Assembly (NCBI GenBank): GCA_002269645.1
Contig: NIVC01000412.1
Coordinates: 682,001-746,000, forward strand
Direction of reading: 5' to 3'
Origin: Macrostomum lignano
Lineage: Eukaryota
DNA: 64,000 nucleotides
Shown: piece by piece, positions 27,830 to 41,149 of the stretch
How the letters are laid out: each line of letters begins with the position of its first letter
How positions within the stretch are numbered: position 1 is the first letter of the stretch
Translations under genes and position numbers: made by a program
The notes under the pieces: generated by a model
Told to the model about the DNA's origin: nothing
The model's input: the letters and a program-made list of their open reading frames with translations, nothing else
Databases searched by the model: none

Positions 27830-28247
27830 TCAGATGCGCTCGTCATCTACTGAAGGCAGCTGATCTGCGGAGGACGGCACCGCAAACTTTCCTCTGAATC
27901 TCAGACTGATAGCCGAATCTGCAACTGATTTACTTCTAAACCCGACGTCTGGCTCGCGTAGAAAGTCAATCCTACACGAGCTGTCACTCAGGCAGGGCGC
28001 TTGGAGCAGTTCGAGAACTGCCACGGAGTTGCTGCCCTCTCTCAGCACCGCTCTGGGTACGTACAAGGTCACCTGGGGGCCGGCGCAGGGCCAGTAGCGA
28101 CCCAAGTTGAAGCCGTTGATCCACAGCTGACCTTTGCAAAATGTGGACAAGTTGGCGTAAGTGTCGGTCAGGTTGTTCTTGTCCAGGATAAGCCTGCCCA
28201 TGTACAGGCTGGCCTGGGCTGCCTGAGGTTCTTCTGATGCCGCCAGA
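27830..28247 (-). CDS. GLB1: Beta-galactosidase (GH35), exon 5 (last)
   Basis: KGQLWINGFNLGRYWP..GPQVTLYVP; acceptor TTTTAG, phase 2; stop at 27830. Confidence 0.93.
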
Positions 28248-28339
28248 CTAAAATTTTGAGTTTTTATGGATCTTTGAAAACCTTATTGACATCATTTTCA
28301 GATATTTAAGGTCAGTTACTTATCCTTTAGATTGGTCGC

Positions 28340-28560
28340 TGCTCAATCTGGGGATCTGGGAGGGTGGCTGCTCAATCTGGGGATCTGGGAGGGTCGACCG
28401 CTGCTCAATCTGGGGATCTGGGAGGGTCGACCGCTGCTCAATCTGGGGATCTGGGAGGGTCGCTGCTCAATCTGGGGATCTGGGAGGTTGGCTGCTCAGT
28501 CTGGGGATCTGGGAGGTTGGCTGCTCCACCTAAGAATCTGGGAGGCTGACTGCTCAGTCT
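28340..28560. repeat. 29/33-bp minisatellite in GLB1 intron 4
   Basis: Unit close to GCTCAATCTGGGGATCTGGGAGGGTCG. Confidence 0.88.
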
Positions 28561-28690
28561 GGGGACTTCGAAGGGTGGCTTCCCAAGTCGAGTGCATGAA
28601 AGAGTACCTGCTTAATCTGAGAATTTGGCTAAGCAATACCCTCTAAGAGACTAATATGAAAACAAACAAAGCAGAGCAATCAAACAATAC

Positions 28691-28794
28691 CGCTTAGCAT
28701 AAGGCAGTTTAGCGGCCAGACGGTCAAAGTCCAGCGAGTAGCTGCGCCAGCCATTCAGAGGCGCACCGTTTAGAGTCACCTGGCCGATGATTCC
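28691..28794 (-). CDS. GLB1: Beta-galactosidase, exon 4 (not in the ORF track)
   Basis: GIIGQVTLNGAPLNGWRSYSLDF; CAG acceptor, GTATTG donor; phases 0 and 2 are consistent. Confidence 0.88.
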
Positions 28795-29474
28795 CTGTTG
28801 TACGAGAAGTTATTGCTAGTAGCAAATTTTGTACTGTGAGAATGAAGCCTATTGTCCGACTTTCTAACAACGTACACAGTAAGATAATAACATTTACAGA
28901 GATATTTTAGGAGAAACTTAAAGAGAGAGATCTATATAGAAACGTCTCAACCAGATGAAAATGCTACCTAGGCCAAGAAGCGTCACAGTCATTTGCGTCC
29001 CCCCCCCCAGGGTAACTCAGGTACATGTAAAATAGAAAACAATTGACTCTAAAAGACTCTAAAACGACTAGATATCACGGTACAAGTCGCCTAGTCACTA
29101 AAAAGTCGCTAAAAAGCGGTCAAAGAGTCTTTTTGAAGCGTTTTATTGTCTAGTGCGACTCTGACGCGATTCTGTGGAAATGCAAGTGACTGGAAGTGTT
29201 TGAAGAGTCATAAAGATTAGTGCAACACGATTCTTGGACGACACTTTCATGACTCTTACGATTCGACAACGTAATGTGACGCGCTTGTGACGCATTAGAC
29301 GCGTTAAGAGTCGTTAAAAAGTCACAAGAGAGTTTTTTAAAATGCCTTTTTAGCAATTCTTGTAACCGTATCGTTTTCAGACGATGTCAGGTAAACTGAA
29401 GCCGAATATAACAGTTGACGCATACAGCATGCACGAACGCAATCAGTGCCACAAAGTACCTCTGACCAACTAAC

Positions 29475-29970
29475 CTTGACATTGCCCTGGATATCCGGGC
29501 CCGAGTTCACGTGACCGCAGTTCTCCACAAGCAGCCAGATGTTCCTGATGCTACTCAAATCGCTGGCAGTGAAATTCAGCACCGCCGCCGACTCTGCATA
29601 GCTGATGAAGCCGAGAAACTGGCCAAGCGACGGTTTCGAACTGCTTGAAGCGAATGCGTAGACGAAATCGCGAACTTTTTCTACTCGAAGTGAATACGAG
29701 GAAGTCAGAGATGGTGCGACCGCTTTGAAATCCTCAGAAATTTGAGTTCCGTACAGAGCGAAGCCTTGAAATTGGCCCAATGACTCCATGGTAACCGGAA
29801 GTTTGCCGTCCAAACGATTTACAATTAGCGAGTCCAAATTTCCAAGCAAGCTGGCTGAGCGCTGAAGCTTAACTCTGCCAAAAGATGATGCGCTTGAATT
29901 TCGTGGTACCGGCGAAGGTTGACGACCCGTTGCGTCTTTTATCACCTGGCGAATGAGCTGGTACTTGTAC
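29475..29970 (-). CDS. GLB1: Beta-galactosidase, exon 3
   Basis: KYQLIRQVI...PVTMESLGQFQGFALY...LLVENCGHVN; phases 2 and 0. Confidence 0.92.
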
Positions 29971-30120
29971 CTGCGCACGTTTAAATGGGTTTGTTTTTTT
30001 ACAATCAGGCCATGCAGGGGGCTGTGAATGCGAGCCTAAATAAACAAAAGTAACTTGACGAAAAACTGGGATAAGTTCAACAAAAAATTTCCCACAGGAA
30101 AAAACCATCGCCCATTTAAA

Positions 30121-30787
30121 GGAGACATACAGTAGACATAAAGGAGACATACAGGAGACATACAGGAGACACAGAAGGCATACAGGAGACATACAGGAGA
30201 CATACAGGAGACATACAGGAGACATACAGGAGACATACAGTAGACATACAGGAGACATAAAGGAGACATACAGGAGACATACAGGAGACATACAGGAGAC
30301 ATACAGTAGACATACAGGAGACATAAAGGAGACATACAGGAGACATACAGTAGAAATACAGTAGACATACAGTAGACATACAGGAGACATACAGGAGACA
30401 TACAGGAGACATAAAGGAGACATACAGGAGACATACAGGAGACATACAGTAGACATAAAGGAGACATAAAGGAGACATACAGGAGACATACAGGAGACAT
30501 ACAGGAGACATACAGTAGACATAAAGGAGACATAAAGGAGACATACAGGAGACATACAGGAGACATACAGGAGACATACAGGAGACATAAAGGAGACATA
30601 CAGGAGACATACAGTAGACATACAGGAGACATACAGTAGACATAAAGGAGACATACAGTAGATATACAGGAGAAATACAGGAGACATACAGGAGACATAC
30701 AGGAGACATACAGGAGACATACAGGAGACATACAGGAGACATACAGGAGACATACAGGAGACATACAGGAGACATACAGGAGACATA
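30121..30787. repeat. 11-bp minisatellite in GLB1 intron 2
   Basis: Unit ACATACAGGAG, about 60 copies. Confidence 0.96.
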
Positions 30788-31289
30788 CTGGAAATGGTGA
30801 ATTTATTAACAAGTGAATTGCTGCGATTCCACGAAACTGGAACCAGATGGAGAATTAAAAAACTGACCCGAAGCACAACTATCGAGTTTGTTTTCTACAT
30901 TTTCACAAGAAGTATTTGATGTTTGCGGCCGAAGATTCGAGTGTTCGACGCAACGAGAAAGAAATAATTATAGGTGAAACAATCTACGCCTTATATCTGA
31001 TGGTGTTTTTAGTACCAAAAGAGCAATTATTTCTTAATTAAAACATGATTAAACTGCTTAAACTGCTTTCTTGAGCATTTCTGCCAGATTTGGTGCATCT
31101 TGTTTTGGTCAGAATAGTTATATCGTGTCAAAATCTGTTTAAATGAGTGACAATATGGCGTCCTAGCGGACTACTACACATGCAGTGACTGCTTATAACT
31201 AAGCGAAGCGAGTCCTAAGCGCCACAACGAAATTTTACAATGACGACAGTCGGGAGAGTTGTACTTAGCCAGACATTTCTAACACCCAC

Positions 31290-31590
31290 CGAGTGTCGCC
31301 ATTCTCAGCTATTGGCGCGTCATAGTCGTACGAAGTTGGCTGCGGCTCAAATGGCGGCGAGTTGGCGCCGTTCCAGTAGCCGAAATTCGTGCCCCCGAAG
31401 AACATGTAGATGTTGACGTTGACACCGTAGGCCAGCATCCGGGCGAGGCCGTCTGCGACCAGTTGGGCGCCAACTCGGACGTGCGGACTGGACCAGTGGT
31501 CCAGCCAGCCAGCGTAATACTCAGAGTTCACCAACGGGCCCTTGGGCTGTAAGGCTCGTAGCGGAGCGAACGTGTCCTTCAAGGAGCGGG
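31290..31590 (-). CDS. GLB1: Beta-galactosidase, exon 2 (nucleophile region)
   Basis: PKGPLVNSEYYAGWLDHW...NIYMFFGGTNFGYWNGAN...TSYDYDAP; phases 1 and 2. Confidence 0.95.
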
Positions 31591-31755
31591 CTGCGGGAGT
31601 CATGGCGGGAAGTTACATTTAGTAAAAAACCATGGACTACTATATTTCAAGATGGTCAAGCGCAAAGTAGAATTGCGTTTACTAAACAATTTTATCAGGG
31701 ATTCGCTTTTTACATGAACCGAAAAAGACAGATTTAAGAAAAGGCCTGCCAATTA

Positions 31756-32078
31756 GCTCATAAAGTGGAGCCCGAGTAACCCATGTACACAAATGATACG
31801 TCATTCTGCTCATAGTGACACCAGGTAGCTGGGTTTGGCAAAAAGCGACAAAAGTTAGACTTCGGATAAGTGAGAACAAGCAAGGAGATAATTAGGGACT
31901 CCACTTTATGAGCTGAGCTTAAGTTGATACAATATTCCCAATTATCCCCTTGCTTATTCTCCCCTAACCAAAGTCTAACTTTCGTCGCTTTTTTGCCAAA
32001 CCCAGCTTCCTGGTGTCCCTGTGAGCAGAATGACGTATCATTAGTGTACATAGGTTACTCGGGCTCCACTTAATGAGC
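31756..32078. mobile_element. MITE-like foldback with about 140-bp inverted arms and a possible TA TSD, in GLB1 intron 1
   Basis: GCTCATAAAGTGGAGCCCGAGTAACC... is mirrored by ...GGTTACTCGGGCTCCACTTAATGAGC; TA on both flanks. Confidence 0.85.
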
Positions 32079-32754
32079 TAATGACAGGACCTTTGTCTAG
32101 CCAATCCAAACAAGAAAGGTAATTTTGTTCACTTGCCGTTCTCTGGTAGCATGTCTATACTAGCTTTAGCTTTCATAAACTGCATGTAAGACAGAAGGCA
32201 TACAGTTATAACTTATATTTACTTGTTTCATTTGCAAGTGGGAAGTGGAAGTGGAATTCGCAAGTGGAATTTAAAATGATCGATCGTCTACTCTTGTTGT
32301 CTACTCTTGAGGCATTGTACATTAGACAGCTAAAGCCCACCATGAACATCCAACTTGGTGGTAGAGGGGCGAGTGTCCATCTAAGGGTGTTCTGACCCCA
32401 TGCGCTTGCCTCTTATTTAGGGCTATCTAACTCTGCTACCAAAACTTGCATCATTTTGGCTTACTAGACTTTAAAAATTTACCATCTCTCTGCATCTATA
32501 ATATTGCCTGAAGATGCCGATTGTTCGGCGAAACATGTCACGCGAAGATTAATAAAATAGTAATTTGGTATTATTTAAAAAATGCGAATGTTCGTTTTTG
32601 TTTTTGTTCTCCTGGCTTTTATCAAACGATGTATCTTACCTCGACTCTACCAAGTGGAAAGTCAATAGAAGCCACCGGGATCGAATCGACTAATGGGTTT
32701 CAAACACTAACTATGGACGATACTCGAAGAAACATACAGAGACGGATGACTTAC

Positions 32755-33493
32755 TTCCGTCAACGCCAAAGTCTATAGTAGCATAGAACTGTCTCTCCTT
32801 GGCGACGCACGTTAAAGTGTTATCGGTGCTAAACAGCACCGTCTGGTTGCCTAGGTAACGCCTGCCCAGCTGGTACAGATGCCGGATGTAGGCCAGGTCG
32901 CACTGACCAGTGCTACCGTACTCATTCTCCAGCTGCACCATGATCACATTGCCGCCGCTGGAGTACAGACGCCTGGCGATGATGGGCAGCAGGACGGCCA
33001 TCCATTCGTCGACTGCGGCCAGGAACTGCGGGTCGCTGCTGCGCATCACCATGGAGGCGTTGCGCTGCAGCAGCCAGGCTGGCAGGCCGCCGAAGTCCCA
33101 CTCGGCGCAGATGTACGGACCGGCGCGCACAATGGCCAAGAGGTCGTGCTTCTGCGCCAGCGCCAGGAACAGGTCGAGGTCGGCCGAGCCGGTGAACCGG
33201 TGCTGGCCCGGCCTGGGCATGTGGAAATTCCAGGGCACGTAGATTTGCACGGCGTTCAGGCCGGCGGCTCGCATTTTGGCCAGCCGATCGTCCCAGCTGT
33301 CAGGAAGCAGGCGGAAGTAATGAATGCTGCCGGATATGTACTGGAATGGTTGGCCATCCTTTAAAAAAGTATTGTTGTCGTAGTCAATTATGAAGCTTCT
33401 TTGAACGCTTGAATCATGTTGAACTGCTATGCTGAAGGAGATAAACCAGGCAGCGAATAGTAGGGCTGTAAAATCGATAAAGTTTACAAGCAT
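32755..33493 (-). CDS. GLB1: Beta-galactosidase, exon 1 (signal peptide, acid/base catalyst)
   Basis: FLKDGQPFQYISGSIHYFR, YVPWNFH, GPYICAEWDFGGLP, QLENEYG; ATG at 33493; donor GTAAGT; spliced product about 685 aa. Confidence 0.96.
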
Positions 33494-35054
33494 TTTTTTC
33501 AGTAGCAATATGCTCAGTCGTATACAGGGACAACTAAAATTCACTTTTTTAAAAGGATGTTTTAGTTGTCCCCTGGTCGTATAGTTTAAACTAAAGTTGT
33601 TTTGTTTGAAAATTTACATGCTAACCAATCACTCGAAATTCTAGGCATAATAACTTACCAGAATAGTCAATTTTCCGTGCCATACTTTTAAATGAGACAG
33701 TCTGAAATCGTCATGTAATTGTAATACATTCATTAGTAATAGTCATTAAAAAAGGAAAGTAAAAATTGGTACAGATTTATGATGGATTAATTAACTTTCT
33801 TTTTTACCTACAAAAGCTTAATTAATTTCTATAGCTGTAAAAATTCGGGAAGTTTTTGGCAAACTATACGGTTCGTCACAAACCGTTCGACATTTTTACT
33901 CAAACAAAGCTGGATTCTGACAGTTAACATTGTCCCACCATTTTTGGCGTAAAGTATATCGCTAAAATTAGAAAAAATAAAGTTATGGAGACGCAATAAC
34001 AATGCGCTAACCTTAGTGTCGCTGTTAGGTGAAATTCGGCTTTTTACTTCCTAATTAGAAATATGATGACAATTATATTCTTAATTTTGCAATGCTTTCT
34101 TGTAAAATTTGTATTTTAAATAAGCTATTTAAGTTAAGCTGTAAAACAATTTTTTTAATTTAAAGCGTAGTTTATGACACTGGTTATTTTAAAATAAACG
34201 AAATAGTAAATTAGCTGAAAAATAAGAACATAGTATGGGTGAAAAAAATTAACAGATATGTTTCCACGAACTATTTTGCCACAAATTGACAACTACTACT
34301 ACTTCGGACTGCGGCATTGCATTTCAATAGCTATAGTATAGGTAGGCGGTAGGTAGGCCTAAATGTTAAGTGCTAGTAAATAGATTTAAAGACCCATTTT
34401 TATTTTTTATTAGCCTAATCTAGCTATTCTTCAAAGTATTTTATTTCAGGTAAAAATAAGGACGGTAAAGTGTATTAATAGTATTTTAGACCATGGTATT
34501 GGCATAAAAGCTAAGGCCTAAAGGGCAAGGTAGTAAGGCTATGCCTAAAGGGTAAGGGTGCAGCATGCAGGTCGTTTCTTTCTTTGACGTCTGTTAGTCA
34601 GATTTATACAAGAAGAACATAAGGGCCAAGCTGGGCTAGCCCTAGGCTTGTTATAAATTAATAGGGCTATCTACTATACCAAATGGCAAGTTTGTTATAA
34701 AACACAGCTTTTTAATAATGTAGGCCTAACTTACTTGCAATTGCATTTTGAGTTTCTGAATTTTTTTACATATTATTGGCTTAGGCCAAGCATACAAATG
34801 GTCAATGGTGCAGGTTTTGGCATTCCTTTGGTTTACAATCATTGAAATTAGTGACAATCCCCATTAGAGAGATAGGGAAGATACAAAATTGTTGTTTATT
34901 TCATCAAAATGCAAAAAAAACTGTGTAGACAAGCACTCCAATCCTTTTTATTTATCCATCATAACACTAGCTGCATGTTTAAATGAAACAAGAAAGTAAA
35001 GGGGTTATAGTGATCCATTTCACAGTTCCAAGAATCCAAAGATGATCCTATTGA

Positions 35055-35577
35055 CCTATATCCACTTCAGTTTACAATCATTTAAATGGAAGAAATACAT
35101 GTAAATGATCGTGAACCGAAGCTAGCATATATGTGTGTAAAGGGGTTTTGGTGTTTTACAAGCTCTATCTGAAATCGATCACTATCTCAATACATGGCTA
35201 GCTTCAGTTCACGATCATTGACATGTATTGCTTACATCTAAATGATCATAAACCAAAGCTGAGGGGGGGTGGCAGCGTGCAGAGAATAATTAAGCATCAA
35301 GATGACATTTCAATTGCCAACAAGCCACCAAATAAATATATGACTACATATGTCTTTGACACCCCCCCCTCAGCTTCGGTACACGATCATTTAAATGGAA
35401 GAAATACATGTAAATGATCGTGAACCAAAGCTAGCCATGTATTGAGATAGTGATCAATTTCAGATAGAGCTTGTAAAATACCAAAACCCCCTTACACACA
35501 TACGCTAGCTTTGGTTCACGATCATTTACATGTATTGCTTCCATTTAAATGTTCGTAAACCAAAGTGGATATATAGG
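35055..35577. mobile_element. Foldback/MITE with about 215-bp arms and a 90-bp spacer
   Basis: Arms 35055-35270 and 35361-35577 are reverse complements; internal ATGATCGTGAACC repeats. Confidence 0.85.
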
Positions 35578-35904
35578 ATCCTCGTCATTGCCATGCCATG
35601 AAAGAAACCATTTGTCAGTTATTCCGTTCAGTTTTTTTTAATGTAACGAATAAGCTCAGTTTAACAATTTTTGTTTATTTCAAGCAAGCTATGATCATAT
35701 ATATGAAAAATTATGGGGATCGTGAACCAAAATGTAGGTGGAAAATGATCGTAAACCAAAGGAATGCCCAGGTTTTTTGGGGTCAATTTGTTTTGGGGAC
35801 AGACATTTCTTGATTTCTATGGCAAGTTGCTTTCTATAATAAATATACTTTGTACAAATGAGAATTTTTGGTTAGGCCTAGGCCTAGTAATGATCATTTA
35901 GGCA

Positions 35905-36886
35905 CAGTGATGGGCACTAGTGCCGCTAAATTTAAATTCTGCTAAAGCGCCGCTAACATTTTGTTAGCGCTACTAATTCTGCTACATTGAAATTCCAATT
36001 AGCACGCGCTATCAAAGTGGCGCTAATATTTTCTGAAAATTGCTAATTGCGCTAAATTTATTTTTTGCTATAAACTAGATGGTTAATAACTGTTTAATAC
36101 TTAAAATGAGACCCTATTTGAGTAATAAGTTAAATATTATGTAATCCCACCTATATTAGGGCCTAAATCTCTAAAATGTTTCTAATTTTCTTAGAAATGT
36201 GAAACAAAATTTGAATTTCTTTTTTTCGCTTTCATTATCAACAATAAATCTTGTTTTTGTCATTGAGTTTTAAAAGTTTTCTTACTACTTTTAATTTGTT
36301 AGCAAAAGGTTATTGATTAATTTAATTTAATTTAATAATTTAATCAAAGAATTCAACATTCAACTCAATTGATATTCTAAGTGCTAATGCAAAGCAACAG
36401 GCTATACCAACAGGGTGAAAGTGGGGTTAATAAATCCTTTACCACCATTTCAAGCTGATGATCTTGCTTTTCTTCTTGAGTATAAGAAGGTCATGGCCCC
36501 AGTAGCAAGGGCCCTTAATGTTCTTCAAGGCAAACAGCTATAATTTAGGAACTCTTTCTATCAACTGTTGCTCTGACAGTTTAGTGGCTTGAAGATTTTT
36601 TATTAGGATTGATAATAAAAACAAATTATTAGCAATAGCATTATTAGCTTATTCATTTAAAATGTGAATATTAAAAATATGCAAAAATGCATAAATACAT
36701 GTGAAATGGCAGTTTATTTTAAATATATTTATTAATTAGCGCATTTCAAAATTAGCAGCACCAATTGCACTAAATTCAAAGTAGAAATAGTGCCCGCTAT
36801 TAGCAATCGCTAATTTTTGTCTTCTATTAGTTAGCAACAGTGCTAATTAGCGGCGCTAAAAATAAATTTAGTGGTGCCCATCACTG
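35905..36886 (+). mobile_element. Internally deleted hAT DNA transposon
   Basis: TIR CAGTGATGGGCAC; 8-bp TSD TTTAGGCA/TTTAGGTA; transposase remnant FLLEYKKVMAPVARALNVLQG at about 36442-36534. Confidence 0.88.
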
Positions 36887-37799
36887 TTTAGGTATAATAC
36901 TATTTACATAGTACTAGGCAACATACTTGCAATATTTACATTTTATCAATAATTGCCATCATTTCAATTCAAGGTAATGATAAATGATAGGCATTTTATA
37001 GGCCTAATTTAACATTTACATCAATGATTTGGCCTAGTTTTGGCTTAGTTATTGTATTAATATTTACATTTCATAATTTGAAAATTTCATTTAAAGGTTC
37101 AGTTAGTCTCTTAGGATGATTGAAACTAAGGATGAAATATTTATTTAAAAAAACTATTTATTGGCCTACTATTTCAAACAAAATGTCATTGGACAAAAAA
37201 TTTAAACTAACACTGCTAACATTTTGTGTAGATTGTTTTGAATTTGTCTTAGGCCAAGACAAAGTATTCAGTCTAGACAACCTATATTTAGAGTATCTTT
37301 ATGCAATATACAATAAGAAAAGCATAAAAATATTTATTGGTTATATTCTTATAGAAAACATACAAATTTATACAATACATTAGAAATTTTCATTATAGTA
37401 AATGATCAAAGGTAAATGAATTGCTGCTTAGTCTTAATTATTTTAGTAAACCTTTAAAAAACTAGAAACTTTCAAGTTTTATAATTTAAAATAATTTTCT
37501 TTCTAAACTAAAATGACTATCACTAGCCAAAAGTCTTATTTTTTTATCAAAATGACTTGTTTATCACCAAAGTGTCATTACAAAAAATATTTTAATCTTA
37601 TACAAACAATATATAGAAAATTTATAGATCATCTAACATTTTTGCATATGATATATTACTTTCTTGATTATAGCCTATTAGACTATTAGATTGCAACTTA
37701 TTATACTTCTTATTAAATCAAAAATAATTTAATATGAAATCAATAAAATACCCAGACAAGTCATTATTAGTATATTTCTAAGATATGCTATTGTGGGTC

Positions 37800-38460
37800 A
37801 ATGAGAAAATCCTACAGGAAGGCTTACTTGTATAAGCTCCTCCTATAATGAGGTTTTCCTAAGCAATGTTTTCCTGCAATAATGTTTTTTTACTTGAAGT
37901 TTTCTAGCCTATCTTTCTCATAGAGATTTCCTTACCAAGATTTTTTTCAATAAAGTTTTTATGCAATGGTTTTTCCCACTAAGGTTTTCTAGGGTTTTTT
38001 CAATTGGAATTTTAAGTCAAAATTCAATTGGATTTGAAATCTAGTCTAGTCTAAGTCTAATCTAGTTTAGTTTTTAATCTACTCTAGTTTATATCTAGTC
38101 TAGTTTAGCCTAGTCTATAGTCTAGTCTAAGTCTAATCTAGTTTAGTTTTTAATCTACTCTAGTTTATATCTAGTCTAGTTTAGCCTAGTCTATAGTCTA
38201 GTCTAGTCTAATCTAGCATTGTCTATAGACTAGATTTGACTTGAAATTTAATTTGAAAAAACCTATAAGAAAATCCCAATGGGAAAACTCTAGTTGGAAA
38301 ACTTTGCTACAGGGAAATCTAAATGTCAATGAGAAAAGCTTGCTGGGAAAATCTCTAGCAGGAAGAACTTGTATGAGAAAACCTTCCACAAGAAAACCTT
38401 GCTATAGGAAAACCTTGAGTGGGCAAACCTCAAGGTAAAAACTTACAGGAAAGTCTTATG
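37800..38460. repeat. Degenerate inverted repeat around a 2 x 76-bp CTAG-rich core
   Basis: GGTTTTCC-type subrepeats on the left, GGAAAACC-type on the right; core duplication at 38045-38196. Confidence 0.55.
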
Positions 38461-39052
38461 CTCCCACTATTATGTAATTTTTATTATAGAATATTTGTTA
38501 ATTTTATAAAAGAAACATTTGCCTAAAAGAATATCTGATGTCATTTTTATTTATATAATGGTATGTTTGGCTTATTGTTTCAAAGATGCCTATATTAAAA
38601 TTTTTGGCATTTATAATATATTTGGATATAGGCTTAGTATACATTCATCGGCATTCAAATTAATATATATTTAAGACTTTAGGCCTTCACAATTTAAAAG
38701 TTAATAAAAATATTTTTAAATTGTATAGACCTATTTTTTCTAAGCTTAAAGATGTCTTTTGAAAATTGGTCTAGAAATAGGTCTAACAAAGTTGTTAATA
38801 TTTTTGGTATTAGTATACATAGTTTCTATAATGCAATTTTCTAATACTTGGCTATGATCTATTTCCAGAGTATTAGACTTAGTGTTTTTTGAAAATTCAT
38901 TTTTGTTTGTCTTTTAAAAAGCTTAATTGATTACTTAGATTTAAAATTTATCAATTGCTTTTTTGTTTCTTTAAATAAGATATAAAATATTTTACATCAA
39001 TGTTTATAAATTCAATTTTTCAACTTTAATTTTGAGGTCAATCTTAATCTGT

Positions 39053-39647
39053 CCCTATAGGAAAAAGTTGTAAAACCGCGGACGGTGTCCGGCGCACTTT
39101 TGAAATTTTTCTAAAGCGCAGCGCGCGCACAGGCGCATCGCCTGCGCGCGCGCGCTGCCCTTTCTTACTGGCTGCTGCTCTAGCAAATACATATACATGG
39201 AAATGGGTATAATACCCCTGTTGAAGGGGCTTATACACTCGTAATTTATTAAGCTTAGAGATGTTCCGAGAATTCAATTTCAATTTTCCAAAATTTGAAA
39301 TTTTTTAGAGCAAATTTCAATTTAGAAAAAAATTTAGAAGTGAAAATTTTGGTAGTGTCTAAAGAGTCGCTAAAAATAAACTACTTTCTACTACATATAC
39401 ATGTATTAATTTTTGCTTAAGCAGTAAATTGAAAGTAAAAAAGTGAGTGTTGATCATACTAAACTTTGTTTTTCTGAATTATGATTTCGGGAAATTTCAA
39501 TTTTGATTTTGGAAAGTTAGCAAATTTTGATTTCGACGAAACTGCAGATCTTTCGGAACATCTGTAATAATCCTAAAGCGCGGTAAAATAGTTTGACTCT
39601 TTTCTAAAGCGCGCGTCCGCGGATTTTTAACATTTATTCCAATAGGG
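39053..39647. mobile_element. Non-autonomous TIR transposon, 595 bp, with perfect 8-bp TSD
   Basis: Imperfect TIRs of about 33 bp, CCCTAT(A/T)GGA...CCGCGGACG; TSD TAATCTGT at 39045-39052 and 39648-39655. Confidence 0.88.
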
Positions 39648-40183
39648 TAATCTGTCACTAAAATTGTTGTTACTGAAAGGCTCTGTTGCCAAAATTAGCT
39701 AATGCTGAAATGAAATAGATTCTTTTAAACAACTAAATATATGACAATGAAGAAAAAATAATATATGAGCATAAGTTGGCAACAAAGTCTATATGATAAA
39801 TTCTGAATTAACCAAATAAATTCTAGCAATACATATATAGCATTAGACATAGTGGTAAAAAGTGTTTTTGAAAGGTTCAATATAATTTTTATTAATTTTT
39901 TTCAAAAGGCCAAACTGCCATAAACAAAAGCTTTGTACCAAATGCACAAAACAAAAAAACATTCAACAAATCAACAAAACCTCTGCAACATGAAAGCCAA
40001 GGAAAGAACAGTCAAAAGTTAATCATCAACATTGTTGTGAGGCTTCTCCACATATAGTCTACCATCTGCTGTGAATGTCATCAATGTCATCAGCAATAGC
40101 ATTGGCAAATTTAGGAATTGCTTGACACTAATGCCAGACTGACAGTTTGTGAGATTGTGGACTATTCTATTTATCAGTGCTAA

Positions 40184-40477
<294 letters not shown>

Positions 40478-40830
40478 TAGGAATATTTATTTAATAATAT
40501 ACATGCGCAACCACCCTGATTTACATCGGATGTACAACTTACTTTTTGACCAAAAGTGCGACTTGCACACACTTTGTGTCGACACTGGAAGTGTAATTTG
40601 TGGGTAAACGGCGGGAGTACCTTTGCCTGTATTATTCATTCTAAATACCTCGTCATCTAATTAGTACTACGTCTATATTTTTGGGTGGGCTTTTTTGCGA
40701 CTTACCTCGGCTGGGCCCCTCGCCAGCCATCCGGGTGTCGCGCATGTGTGTTCATTACTAACTCTAACTGTGCATGTCTGAAAGTCTAAAAAACATCAAC
40801 TGATCGATATGTGGTGTTTATCAGTTTATG

Positions 40831-41149
40831 GGGTTTTAGCCTATTAGTTAGAGTGTCGGACTCATGACTGAAAGGTCGGGGGTTCGATTCTCGATACTTT
40901 TGTGATAATTTGTCTTTGAGCAAGACACTTAACTCTGCATTGCTTCAGTCTGTTCACCCAGCTGTAAAATGGGTGCCAGCATTAGCTGGGGTAGTTAAGG
41001 GTTGTGTGGCGACCGCTCCCCCCCCCCCCCCCGGTCCTTGGACTGAACAGCCGTACGCAGGCTTCAGATGCGCCGCGCAATAGCTGCGGCTGAGCTGTCG
41101 GCTGCACATCTGCCATTAGGGCAGGTGTAATTAATTATTATTATTATTA
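40831..41149 (+). mobile_element. tRNA-derived SINE with CORE-like domain and (TTA)n tail
   Basis: tRNA-like head with B box GGTTCGATTC; CORE-like TTGAGCAAGACACTTAAC...GCTGTAAAATGGG; 13-bp TSD TTATCAGTTTATG at 40818-40830 and 41150-41162. Confidence 0.88.

Noticed and set aside
33520-33580. About 15-bp inverted repeat upstream of the GLB1 ATG
   Set aside because: It is a single short hairpin with no TSD or other support for a function.
40831-40895. Possible tRNA gene
   Set aside because: The acceptor and anticodon stems are imperfect, and the sequence runs into a CORE-like domain and tail inside a TSD, so it is a SINE head.
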